Assembly (NCBI GenBank): GCA_003693705.1
Contig: RBZT01001000.1
Coordinates: 1-33,058, forward strand
DNA from: Polymyxa betae A26-41
Taxonomy: Eukaryota > Protista > Endomyxa: Phytomyxea
Direction: 5' to 3'
Length of the DNA stretch: 33,058 nt
This document shows, one piece after another, positions 1-10,805 of the stretch. Position 1 is the first letter of the stretch; every line of letters begins with the position of its first letter. Made by a program: the position numbers and the translations under genes. The notes under the pieces were generated by a model. The model was not told the origin of the DNA. It saw only the letters and a list, made by a program, of their open reading frames with translations, and ran no database searches.

Positions 1-69
1 GTTTCTATGATTGGTCTTGACAAGCAAGTTCCGATTGTTTTGAATAAAGCTGAACTCCAGAAAGTTTGA
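1..69 (+). CDS. Probable 3' end of an upstream gene (partial, product unknown)
   Basis: Frame 1 is open from base 1 to TGA at 67-69 (VSMIGLDKQVPIVLNKAELQKV*), followed by AT-rich sequence. Too short to assign a family. Confidence 0.35.
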   Translation, partial: VSMIGLDKQVPIVLNKAELQKV

Positions 70-410
70 TCATAAAATACATTCATTTGAGGATTATATT
101 GATAATTGCGCCGGTTCGGACTTGATCATTTTATTGATCATTGATAAAAAAACTGGTCAAAAAAGGAGCTTCATACATACTGTATATAATATATATTCAG
201 TCAAGTCAAGTCACATTGTACTTTATTTCAAATGGAAGCGACATTCGATAGTGACCAGAACGTGTTCAAGATGGGCAAGAGCTTGTTATATAGAGAAGAA
301 GGGACCCAGAGACCCTCACAGACATCTATCTATCCAGTCCAGCCCGACACACACACAGTAATACGATAGAATAAGCACAACATTAGATATAGAGTATAGT
401 CAATGTCTCA

Positions 411-3161
411 ATGGTATTAGGGACAGATTCTGATCCAGTTCATCGATGTCAATTTCGTGTAAGATACTAGAAGAGATAGATAGAAACCAGAATGTAAAGA
501 TGTTTATAATTGTGTCTGGTAGATGTATCTGGGAGTGGATCTATCACCTTCAGCACATCATTCAGCATCAGTTCAGACTATAGCCAGCGATAACGATGTG
601 ATATATACAGGATCAAGAGATGCAACGATTAAAGATTGGATTATAGACAAGTATGAATTGAAATGTCAGGGCACATTTCGAGGACATACTGATTGGGTCA
701 CAGATCTACATTTATATCAAAAATCATGTAATAATCCATGATGATAACACATGATTTGCATTCAACCTGATTCTGTAGTGATATCAGCTTCATCTGATAA
801 ATCAATACGTATCTGGGATCGAGATACAGGACGATGTTTATCAACAAGCAGATGGCATTCTGATTACGTTGAATGTATAGATATAGATAATGATGCAGAT
901 AGATTAGTATCCGGTGGTCTTGATAATCAACTTTATCTCTGGGATCTACATGATATATCAGAGCCAATCTATCACCTACATAAAGGTATTTCAATTAACA
1001 TCAGTTCACTCATATCAAGAATTTGTGTCAAGCATTATATCTGCATTATCTGTTTCTATTTCTCGTTTGCATTATAGTTTGGTCTGTTTTAGAAGGCAGA
1101 ACATTACCTATATGGCATTGCTGCTAAATTCTAATCATGGTGATAAAGGTGGAAATTGTGCATCTATATACAGTGTTTATATGGATGGAAATATGATCTT
1201 TACAGGATCATCAGATAAGGTCTATTCAATACTGATAATGATCGTGTTAATATGAATCTGATGGATATAGATAATTCGAATATGGGATAGTCGAGGAGGA
1301 TGTCTAATAGATAGTCTTGCTGGACATCAAGGCAATATCAGATCAATAATAGGCAGAGACAGGTATCTAATATCAGGTAGTAGTGATGGATCTATCAGAT
1401 ATTGGGATATTGGACAACGTACATCTATATCTATGTATAGTCCATTAACTAATCAACCTGTATGGACAGGTAACTATTCGCATTACAACATTCTCATTAA
1501 TAGAGGACACTAATATTGTATATTAGTATGCAGTGATGCATCAATGTCAAATATATATGCAGGAGGAAGAAGTAATCAGATAACATGTATAGATGTGACA
1601 AAGAATCAGACGTCGTTAGTAGCAACAACAGCTCAATCTTTATATTGTCATCGTCTACATTTAAATCAATCAGCGACCGGATTATATATTGCTACTAGTG
1701 GCACCAATCTTTCATTCATTGATGTATCACAATTGCAAAAAACAGAATCGGGTCTGGATTCTGGCGCCTTCGATGATCAAACCCCAGCCAAAGGTGTCGT
1801 CTATGCCTGTCCTCCGTGCCTAAATACGAAACTGAATATTGCTGGACGCTCTTCTACCATTGCTGCTGTGGCTTTAAACGATGGCAGAAGGGTATGTACA
1901 AAGAATGAATTGGGCGAGATCGATATCTGGGATATCGTTGAACAACGAAAAGTGGCATCATTTGGAAAGAAGACTTTGGAGGAGATAGTGGAGAGATATA
2001 ATAGCGAGATATCTGTACCTAATTGGTTCACTATTGATCTACATCTGGGAGCTCTGGGCATTGTTCTACAGAGATATTCAGCATTCTCAGCTGAGATATG
2101 GATTCAGGTATGTACAAATACTATTCTATAGATACGTGTCTATTGACATATTTTATAGCCAGTACCATGTACTCGTCCAACACAGGTCAAACTAGGTCTA
2201 CATAAAATCAATCTTGGTGCTATGGTAAGTAGTCTTTTTCACGAAAGCAAAAAAGTTTGTGAATAGCTTGATTTGTTAGCAGTTTCTTTTAAATTTGATA
2301 TCATTGTTGTTAGGCGCTAGAGAATGCATTAAAGATCTGGATGTCGGCTCTATCACAAAATCGTTGTGAATCGGGAGGTGATCTGCAGCCAACTCTATTA
2401 CGAGTATCGGAATCACCACATTCATCAGCAGTTGATCAGACAACAGAAGGAGATCAAACCGTTAAACCTTTACCAGAGCCCAATGAACCTGTTCCAAGCC
2501 CTAAACACGCTTTTGTATGTCACCCATATCTACTGTCGTTATCAAATCATAATCGTAGTTTTAGGGAACTCGCGTTGGCGACTTCGAAACCGAACTCGAT
2601 TGTTTGATCATGACACAACAGATGATCGGGACCAGCGCCGCCTTATTCCGTATCTTGAACCTGTACGATCCGAAAGAATACGATGAGATCGTGGCACCAT
2701 GGGTTCGAGCTTGGATAATAGAGGTGAAGCGTATTTCTGATCTGTAATCGTAATTCTAAATGTCATAGGGCACGTTGCCAGCGATTCGGCAATCTGAGCT
2801 TCGATTCGAGGTCCAACCTCATCCCGATGATGATCGCCTGCCTCCAATGTCGATTGGAACATGTATGAAAGCTGTCGAGTCGGTTACCATTCGACACCTG
2901 TCTGCATATATCATTCAGCACCTGCCTGTTAGTTTATAATGTCTATTTCTCTATGGTAATTGAACCGGAATTTAGGCGAACAATGACCAAATTCAGAGTT
3001 ACCAATCAGGAATTGATCCCGATCATCCAGAAAACATTCTCAGCATGGTTTGCCAAGATCAGGTCTTGAAGCCCAGTATATCGCTACGAACAGCTCGCAC
3101 ATTCGCTTGGAAGAACAAGAAGCTGCCGTTCACATTATATTACAGATTAAACAATGATTGA
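411..3161 (+). CDS. WDR48: WD repeat protein 48 / USP1-associated factor 1 homologue, multi-exon
   Basis: WD40 repeats (TGSRDATIKDW, GHTDWVTDL, SASSDKSIRIWD, SGSSDGSIRYWD). WDR48-type ancillary motifs VPNWFTIDLHLGALGIVL and KINLG, and a C-terminal SUMO-like region CQDQVLKPSISLRTARTFAWK...LYYR* (stop 3159-3161). Introns at 459-522, 728-778, 1220-1270, 1470-1526, 2108-2158, 2225-2313, 2515-2564, 2724-2768 and 2928-2975 keep the frame; splicing in 986-1095 is ambiguous. Confidence 0.88.
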
Positions 3162-3210
3162 AGCTGAAATATTGGACACTGTTAACCTCTGTTTAATTGA
3201 ATGGATTTTC

Positions 3211-5821
3211 TCATCCTGTTGCCTTGGTAATGTGACTTAAAAAGCCGCTATAACTCATTACAGTTGATGTTCGGTCCAGGATCAGACACGATAAGAACTC
3301 TTCGTACCGTACACTGATTTTATCCGATGTTGGCTGGCGAACTACCTGGATTCGCTGGCAAACTGCTCCTTGTGACCTTAAAAAGGAAATGATATTGTGC
3401 AACCGGGAAAGAACGGAACTGGGACCATTTTCTGGTGCAGGTAGAAGATGAAGCTGAACATGACAGGGTTCAAATAAAATGAAGTAGCAGAAGCAAAAGC
3501 ATTACCGTTTCTGGATCTATTCCCTGTAGAGAAGGAACACCGAACCACATCTGCAGTATATGAGACGTTAAAGAGCGCCCGAGCCAAATGAATAACGTCA
3601 TCCCATTGTCGGCAAGAAAGGCGCCTTCATCGAACATTTCTTGAGAGGTTGCATTGATTTCGGCAGGAAGAGTCACCATTCCAGACTCATCATAGATTCC
3701 TTCTTGCCCAGAAAGCGCATCGATTCTGTATATCCTGGGTCGCAAATATAGATCCAGAGCCTGAGCGTTCATAGAGCGAACGGCAGCAAGATGTATGGAA
3801 CGCATGTCAGCAGAGACCAGAGGAGAATCCTTAAATGCAGTGCATTTCAACAATGATAATGTCATCATAGGAAGATACCGGATTGTTTCTGGATAATCGT
3901 TTTCTGTGTTTAACTGCATCGGATGATATGAAGTCGACGATTTCCGATATGCTGACAGAATTGAGATGCAAGTGCTCTGAATGGACTCGCGACCTTTTTC
4001 CATTGAAGTCTTCAGAGAAATTCCAAGGGCTTGCTTGGCCATGCAGTTGATTAGGGCAGCCAAATCGACAAAATAAAATATGTCTTCAATTTTCTCGATA
4101 ACAGGCAGCAAATAATTATGAACACGAATACGACGTTCGCCAAATGATGCGGTATAGAGCAGGGCGACCTGAATTAAGACGGCACCTTGCGGATTCGTAT
4201 CGTCGTGGCCTAATTCCACCAAGAACGCATCATCAGCAGAGCAGTTAGGAACTGCAAGAAGATCGGTGCCCCGAAGAAAGAAGTTTCCCTCATAGCCTGT
4301 AATCTTAGCACCTTTACTAACCCGAACTCTTACAACAGCTTCCCATGCTTGTTCTCGAGTAATACATCTGGTTAAATCTGCCCTCAGCTGATCACCAGAC
4401 AGATATTGATCGAAAGAAGGATATGTGTACAACTGGCCGCCAGTAAATTGACTCAGACCGACAATTGTAGCAACATCACAATATTGGTCTGGGAATAGGA
4501 AGATGTCAGCACGAACTTGCATTCGAGTATACTTCAGTCCCCAAGATTTATAGAAATCGGTAGCAGGTTGCTGCAATTTCTGCTGGTTTGCTGAAGCAAC
4601 ATCGCGGTTTTTCAACCGGGCAGGACCAAACGATGCCAGCGAAGTCGTGAAGAAGACAACTTTCCCACCAATCGCATTGATAATGCGAAATGCTGCCATT
4701 GTTGCTGCACCCAGGGCACACTCTGCATTGCGAGTATTAGCATGCATCGAGGGCAAAGATTGTAACAGCACTTTGATGATCTCTTTGCTTTCTTCGAGAT
4801 CGACGAGATAATCATCTGGCTGTGGGAGAAAGAGATCTTCAAGATTGGGGAGAATTATCATCTGAGGACGAGACAGACCTGATCGAAGAGAATACAAACG
4901 AATAACACTGTCATACGTGATAAAACCAATCTTGGTGCGAGGTAATCCTGGGAAATAATCGAGCAAGCTGAGAATTGTGTCGCAAACGACATTAAGCATG
5001 CCGGTCTCGACTGATCGTTTCGAAACGTCAATGGCAAATAGGAAAGCAGGAGGCTGTGGAGGTCGAACCATGTATTCAGCTGGTGCTACAATCTCGTATG
5101 AAGATAAGCTCAGTTCAATTCTATTGGCCTTATCAGTGCGTTCTCCACGAGCGTCTAGATCACAAAAATAATCACTCTGAACATCGTTCGGTCTTGTACA
5201 TATAGCACACCGCCATTGTGAACCTCCATTCATAAATTTACAATATGGATTGATATAGGCTCGACATGCTTTACAACGAACGACTCCAAGATTTCCGAAA
5301 TTGACGCAGGGAATTGAGCCTTGCTCATTAGGGTTCATATAAGAGGGATCGACGTATCCTTCAGCTAAAGGCTGGGTTGTTACAGTCAAAGGCAAAGAAG
5401 AATTCAACCTCATGGCCGGCGTGCTTGGAAACGCAGAAACTGAGACCGAGATGAAGCGAGGATCGCATGGGATTATCTCTGCAGATGCTGGTGGATTTTG
5501 CCACTGATCTGGGTAGCCAGCTGCTACAGATTGATCGTATGAAGATGGTGTCCGACCATAACTCGGCTGTCCAGATAGGGACATATTCGCCATAGACTGG
5601 TCAAGATAGGCTTCCTGGTCATGCCAGGTCTGTTGCTCTTGCTGCCCATAATAATAAGCCTGGCTCTAAATCAGTTACGAATCAAGTCGCTGAAGATGCA
5701 TACAGACATCACTGTTGGTGTAATGATTTTGCTGGTCTTGGTAATATTGCTGTTGAGGGTCGGCATATGGGTCTGCTGTGGGATATGGATGCGAGCGCCC
5801 AGGCGGCTGATAGCCCGACAT
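3211..5821 (-). CDS. SEC24: COPII coat cargo adaptor Sec24
   Basis: Zinc finger RCKACRAYINPY...WRCAIC, EYMVRPPQPPAFLFAIDVS trunk domain, WEAVVRVRVSKG, GERRIRVH and a gelsolin-like C-terminus. The Q/Y/P-rich N-terminus starts at ATG 5821 (MSGYQPPG). One short intron near 5660-5707 and one near 3454-3505; stop at 3211. Confidence 0.95.
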
Positions 5822-6054
5822 TTTAGTAGAAATAGTCGGCGAAAGAAGCTGAAGGACCCCAGGACGACGCAGGCAGGAGGAGGAGGTCCGCGCGTCCTCT
5901 GCTCAGAAAAAGAGAGACAACTTTCTATAGTCTATTCACAGTCAGCTACATGTTTAATATTATATCTTTTACATCTCATTCTATTTCTTCTCATTAACAC
6001 CGCCTACATTGAAACCAAATAAATAGTACATTATTTTTAAACATCTTGAGTTTG

Positions 6055-9000
6055 CTATCTGGAGGATGAAGTCAAATCATTAACAGCCAACTTCATTCGT
6101 TTACTTCTGATTCTGGCTGCTTTCTCACCGGAACCGAAAAATGCTTCTAGGCGAGTCTGATACGACGAATCTTGAAGTTTGTTAATAACTGGAGCTAGAA
6201 GACCTTCAGTTTTGTCAAATTTCCACTGCAAATGATCATGACAGAATTGTTTCAACTTGATAACATCCGGCTTGGACCACGAGAATTTCTCCTCACTTTT
6301 ATCGATCAATGGCTTGAGATATGTTATCATAACCTGTTCATCAGGGAAATCACGTGGAACTTGCCAGTTTCTTCGGACGTTTCGATGTGCATATTTAAAT
6401 TTGCGAAGGCGTGCGAGACGCTCGTCTTCCTCTTGGGAGTTTGTGGTTTCGCTTCTCATAACATCATCAGAATAAACCCATTCCCTAAATTCTTTCAAGT
6501 CTTCAAAAGAATTAACAATCTCGGTGGCATTGACAATGCCGATGCCATGAATTCCATCGGTATAATCACTACCCAGTAAAAGCGCCATTTGAATCAGCTT
6601 CTCCCGATCAATACCGAGTTCCGGTTCAATATCTGACATTTGATACCGCTCAACTGTTTTGTCGGAGCTGAACATGTTACGATATACGTTGCGAGCACCG
6701 AATAGAAACACATCAGAATCATCGGTAACAACACCATCAACAAGGCCTAAAAGCTCTAGAGCAGCACATTGAGCTTCAGCTTCTGCAGGGGCGCGCACGA
6801 ATGGAACTCCAAACAGTCTCAAAAGAATCTGTGTCTCCTGAATCATCTCATCGGTTACGTGATCAGCATCCCGTAAATTTCTTATTTGCGATGATCTTAG
6901 GTCAGCAAGATCATCAATCGCTCTAGTTTCATCGATATCTATGGAAAGCGGGGAAATTTGGGACGGATCACGTACAGGCTGGGAGGAAATCATATCCATT
7001 GAATGCCTCCCACAGACAGGTGTTTGCGATGGGATCAAAGGCAGTGAGGATATCGGGTCCTTTAATTGGCTCTCAGCCAGAGGTGATGGCGATTGGATCG
7101 AAACGGGAGCTGCTTGACCTGTTACAGGCAAATTATCAGGACCCGTTATGGAAACAAAATGTGGCATATGGGGAGCGGCAGGAGAACTTGAAAATTCCAC
7201 TTTTGAACTCGGTTGTTCCAGAGAATTTCGGTTTTCAACAGAGTGTGATAATAAGGGGCGTTCGAAAGTGGGAACAGGTGACGAGAGGTTTTTTGAAGGC
7301 GATCCAAATCCACATTCATTCATGTCGCACTGCGGAAGAATTTCGCCAATTTCATCATGCCCAGATGAGGATAAACTTTCATGGTCAAAGACAGCATCAG
7401 CACCCTCTATCACTTCAGTGGATCTAGAGTCGAAGTCGCTCTGATCCGACAAGATATCACCGGGAGTATTTGGATTAATTGCAACCACGGCGGCGGATTC
7501 TCGAATGTCGTTATCGCCTGATGATATTGGTGGAGTGGAAGCAGCTGGAAACCGATTCGGGTCTTGCCTCGAGGGGTTAACTTTATCACTTGCCCCAAAT
7601 CTTGAAGCTTCTTCTTGAGAATAGGTTATGCTGGATTTTCTTTGTAGTCGATAGAAGTTCAGTCGAGAGTTTCGGATTGATAGCAGTTCGTTAGAAACTG
7701 ATTCATTGACACCTGCACAGTTTTCTGGATCTGTTTCCACGCAGGAAACTTCCTGCAAGGCTGAACCTTTTTCAACGCAGGGTCCTTCAGTTGTAATTTC
7801 AGCTTGCGAGTCGAACGAGGTGTCATCAAACAAAGCGTCGATTTCAGAAGTCCGATCTAAAACTTCAGGAGCTGAGTGTTGCTCAGCAGATCTGCGAACT
7901 TGATGACACGACGAACAGTGAGAATTCTGTTCAGGATTCACTGCCAAGCACACAGGGCAGTTCCAGTTACCAACTGATTGTCCATAACCATGGCCACATT
8001 TCTGGCATGATCTTCGAATTGCAAGATTTGACAGGCCACACTGTAAGCACATCCAGGACTCCATGTGGTAATCACTTAGCGTAATTTTGGGTTTCTCGTC
8101 ATGTTTTGCAGCCCTGAGCAGCTCCTGCCTTTCTCGTTTGCCAGATTTTCGAATTGTAGGGGTTTTGCAAAAATAAAATAGAGTATCGGGCATCGTGGCA
8201 ATGCCTTGTGATGCACGATCTATAGAGCTCCCTCCTACTCTCGATCTGACTTCATTGATCTTTCTGTTAAATGTGCTTGTTTCGAGAAACTGATTAAGCT
8301 GTGTTGAGCTGAAGGTGGAAGGAGCATTTGCAGAAGCAATATGCCGAACACTACAGCAAAAAAAAAACATTAGCGATATAATATCAAAAAACAACTAGAC
8401 AAACCGAGATTCATGAGCTCTGTCTTCTCGAAGTTTTTCCAGAACTTCAAACTGCATTGAATAAGGTAGAGCAGCCAAAGCTTCCGGATCCATGACATCT
8501 ATATTTTCTGGAACAATAATTTCGCGACGATGAATAGTATCGCCATCCGCGAATGCTGCTTCATCCCCGTCTTCTTCTTCGTCGGTTTTGAACAGATCAG
8601 CAAATTCATCTTTCGTTGCCTGATTGACACGTTCGGACTCAATTGAATCGGCAATTTCTTTCAGTTCTTCAGGATCAACAGGGGCATTTGCAGAGCCCTC
8701 AAGCTGCTTCTTTAATTCATGAATGGTTTTCAATTTCAATTGAGTAAGAAGAATCTTCTCAGCAGTTCTCTGCCATCGTAGTTCACTTGATTCCCTAAGG
8801 CGTCTCCTCAGAGCCAAAGTTTTACGCTTTAGCACTGGAGGTGGACCATCATAAACAAAAATGGGACGAATGCCAAACAAGAGAAGTCGGCAAATTCGTT
8901 TGAACATGCCTAAAAGTCATTCAGCTCAGCAAATACAGGAAGAAATTGCAATTGCAGCATACCTATCAAATGAGCATCCTGACGAGCCTGGCCGTCTTCG

Positions 9001-9131
9001 GACCGCATTGCCTTCAGGAACTGGAACAGCCAAAGAGAGACATCTATAGCGAGAACTCGAGATGTGAGTGCATCAAGAGGTATACATCGACCAGATGCAG
9101 ATAATAGTGTCCATAATCCTTTAACACCCAT
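6055..9131 (-). CDS. ERCC5: XPG/Rad2 nucleotide excision repair endonuclease
   Basis: XPG-N region (MGVKGLW, AIDVSLWLFQF, FVYDG), ubiquitin-binding-motif-like DPEALAALPYSMQFEVL, long acidic/Ser-rich spacer, XPG-I region (APAEAEAQCA, TDDSDVFLFG, LLGSDY) and PIP box QTRLEAFF. Introns at 8910-8962 and 8352-8404. Confidence 0.95.
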
Positions 9132-9336
9132 TCAGCATTAAATTTAATAAGAACCTTCATTCAATGACCATCTCTAAAGTATTCAGGTCATGTTGCGCGG
9201 TAGTATCTAACAAAGGAGGCCGCGCCTCTCACATGCCAGTGAGGTGGTGCCCCCTGAATCTGTAACAATACAACCATCAAGGAATCTCTTCTCTTATCTA
9301 ACATGTCTTATCATCATATAAATTAATACATTGTAT

Positions 9337-9879
9337 TCACAATAGATCAGCTTCTTGTCTGAGATATTCACCAGTATCGCCTTGATGAAATGCCACGATG
9401 GCGCTTGGCTCCAGCTTGCGACAGTCCTGAGTGCCATGAGCAGTGACGCCAAATCCAAGAGGAATATCGCTCATGGACATAATGACGACACCTTGATATT
9501 TAGTAATTGAATCAGTAATACGACCAAGACCAGATTTAAGCACATGATTGCCATATAAGAATGACATCTCACTACTGGGTTTAACCCAGACCTTATTCTT
9601 GCTGTATTGAGCGAGATAATCTAATGCTGTCACATGCAGGCGGAACTTTCCAGTTTTAGTGAACTTTCCAAAGCATGTCCCAGCTGATAGAATAACATCT
9701 TTGGAGGCATGCTGAGCTTGACGAAGAACAGCTGCTGACATATAGAAAACACGATCTCGATGTATACGGAAGCAATAATCGCCATCAGAACGTTCAATCA
9801 GATGTCGTAATGAACGACCGAGAAATTTGGATAATTTCTCGAATAGTACAGCTGTCTCTTGTTCAGTTAAAGGTCTCAT
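9337..9879 (-). CDS. NIP7: 60S ribosome subunit biogenesis protein NIP7, intronless, 180 aa
   Basis: MRPLTEQE start, [29 protein letters not shown] domain [20 protein letters not shown] and C-terminal DTGEYLR. Confidence 0.97.
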   Translation of the reverse strand: MRPLTEQETAVLFEKLSKFLGRSLRHLIERSDGDYCFRIHRDRVFYMSAAVLRQAQHASKDVILSAGTCFGKFTKTGKFRLHVTALDYLAQYSKNKVWVKPSSEMSFLYGNHVLKSGLGRITDSITKYQGVVIMSMSDIPLGFGVTAHGTQDCRKLEPSAIVAFHQGDTGEYLRQEADLL

Positions 9880-9985
9880 TGATGTTCAGATTCAATATTT
9901 GATTTCGAAATCAGTTCAAGTCCGTCACGGACTCCGAGTTTCCTCAAAAACCCACGTTTCACGTTTCGCACAAACAATTGAAAAG
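9880..9985. promoter_or_regulatory. Putative bidirectional promoter between NIP7 and BCP1
   Basis: 106 bp separate the two divergent ATGs. Contains palindrome TGATTTCGAAATCA (9900-9913), inverted repeat AGTCCGT-C-ACGGACT (9919-9933) and tandem CACGTTT x2 (9953-9966). Confidence 0.6.
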
Positions 9986-10789
9986 ATGTCATCATCTGTC
10001 ATTGATTATTCATCGAGCAGTAGCGATAATGAATCTGATGACAATCTCTTATATAATGATGGTGATAATCTTAATTATAGTTCTTGTGAAGAATTAGATC
10101 ATACTGCTAGACAATCTAAAAAAAGAAAAGTCAACGATAGCCAAGAGATTATCATGACCGATTTCGAATTTTTTGATCTGAAATCTGATGATTTTCATTG
10201 TGTTAAGGCTATGCTATCTAACTGGCTTGATGGATACTATGATATTGATCTGACATCAATTTCAGATTCAATTTGTAATCAAGTTGTAGTTGGTACAATT
10301 GTCAAGACTGACAATCATGCTGTGGCATTAGCTACAATATTACCTTTATCACATCAGTGTATGATTCCAGTTAACAAATATCTTATAGATCGAGTTTCAT
10401 CTGATTCCAAGCAATTATTGACATCGGGACAAAGAATTGGAGTCCTCATCTATGAAAGATTTCTGAATCTTCCTTGGCAACTAATCCCAGACATATTTGA
10501 TTCATTACAAAAAGATTTGTTATGGGCTAGGCAGAATGTAGGTCCTGAATATGATTATGATTTGATCGTGTTTATTGCAAGGACCAATCCAAGCAAGAAA
10601 TCCAAGAATATCACCTATCTATTTCAAGAGCAGGAAATGTTCCAGAAGGCCTCAATTCAGAGCTGTTCGTTTGCAGCAGTAATGCATGGAGGTGGTGTTA
10701 ACACACGAACACAACAAAGAACTTTGATCGTATTTAAACGATCCAAACTTCCTGAGATTGCACGTCAAATGCGATCTGTATTTAAATAA
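9986..10789 (+). CDS. BCP1: BCP1/BCCIP family protein (uL14 chaperone, 60S biogenesis), intronless
   Basis: Acidic N-terminus with a basic KKRK motif, DFEFFD...DFHCVKAML and IGVLIYERFLNLPWQLIPDIFDSL. The first in-frame ATG is 9986; the ORF-track start at 9827 is a TTG overlapping NIP7. Confidence 0.88.
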   Translation: MSSSVIDYSSSSSDNESDDNLLYNDGDNLNYSSCEELDHTARQSKKRKVNDSQEIIMTDFEFFDLKSDDFHCVKAMLSNWLDGYYDIDLTSISDSICNQVVVGTIVKTDNHAVALATILPLSHQCMIPVNKYLIDRVSSDSKQLLTSGQRIGVLIYERFLNLPWQLIPDIFDSLQKDLLWARQNVGPEYDYDLIVFIARTNPSKKSKNITYLFQEQEMFQKASIQSCSFAAVMHGGGVNTRTQQRTLIVFKRSKLPEIARQMRSVFK

Positions 10790-10805
10790 TATTTTAATGT
10801 TGTAA

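Noticed and set aside
122-361. 79-aa ORF upstream of WDR48 and other short antisense or alternate-frame ORFs in the track
   Set aside because: Non-ATG starts or overlap with well-supported genes, and no recognisable motifs.
2366-2686. ORF suggesting WDR48 ends at 2686 and lacks its C-terminal domain
   Set aside because: The acceptor at 2563-2564 gives another frame that continues through three exons to the conserved WDR48 C-terminus at 3161.
5621-6022. 133-aa hydrophobic + strand ORF resembling a membrane protein
   Set aside because: It is the antisense shadow of the Gln/Tyr-rich Sec24 first exons and promoter; CAA/CAG codons read as Leu on the other strand.
9160-9260. TPP-riboswitch-like words (GGGG...UGAGA...ACCUGA) on the minus strand, and a 9-nt match GTAGTATCT to U2 snRNA
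   Set aside because: The P4/P5 arm and the spacing of a TPP aptamer are missing and no thiamine gene is adjacent. A 9-mer is expected by chance in 33 kb, and no other U2 or C/D-box features fit.
9827-9985. N-terminal extension of BCP1 overlapping NIP7
   Set aside because: It starts at TTG and has no family similarity; the first ATG is 9986.
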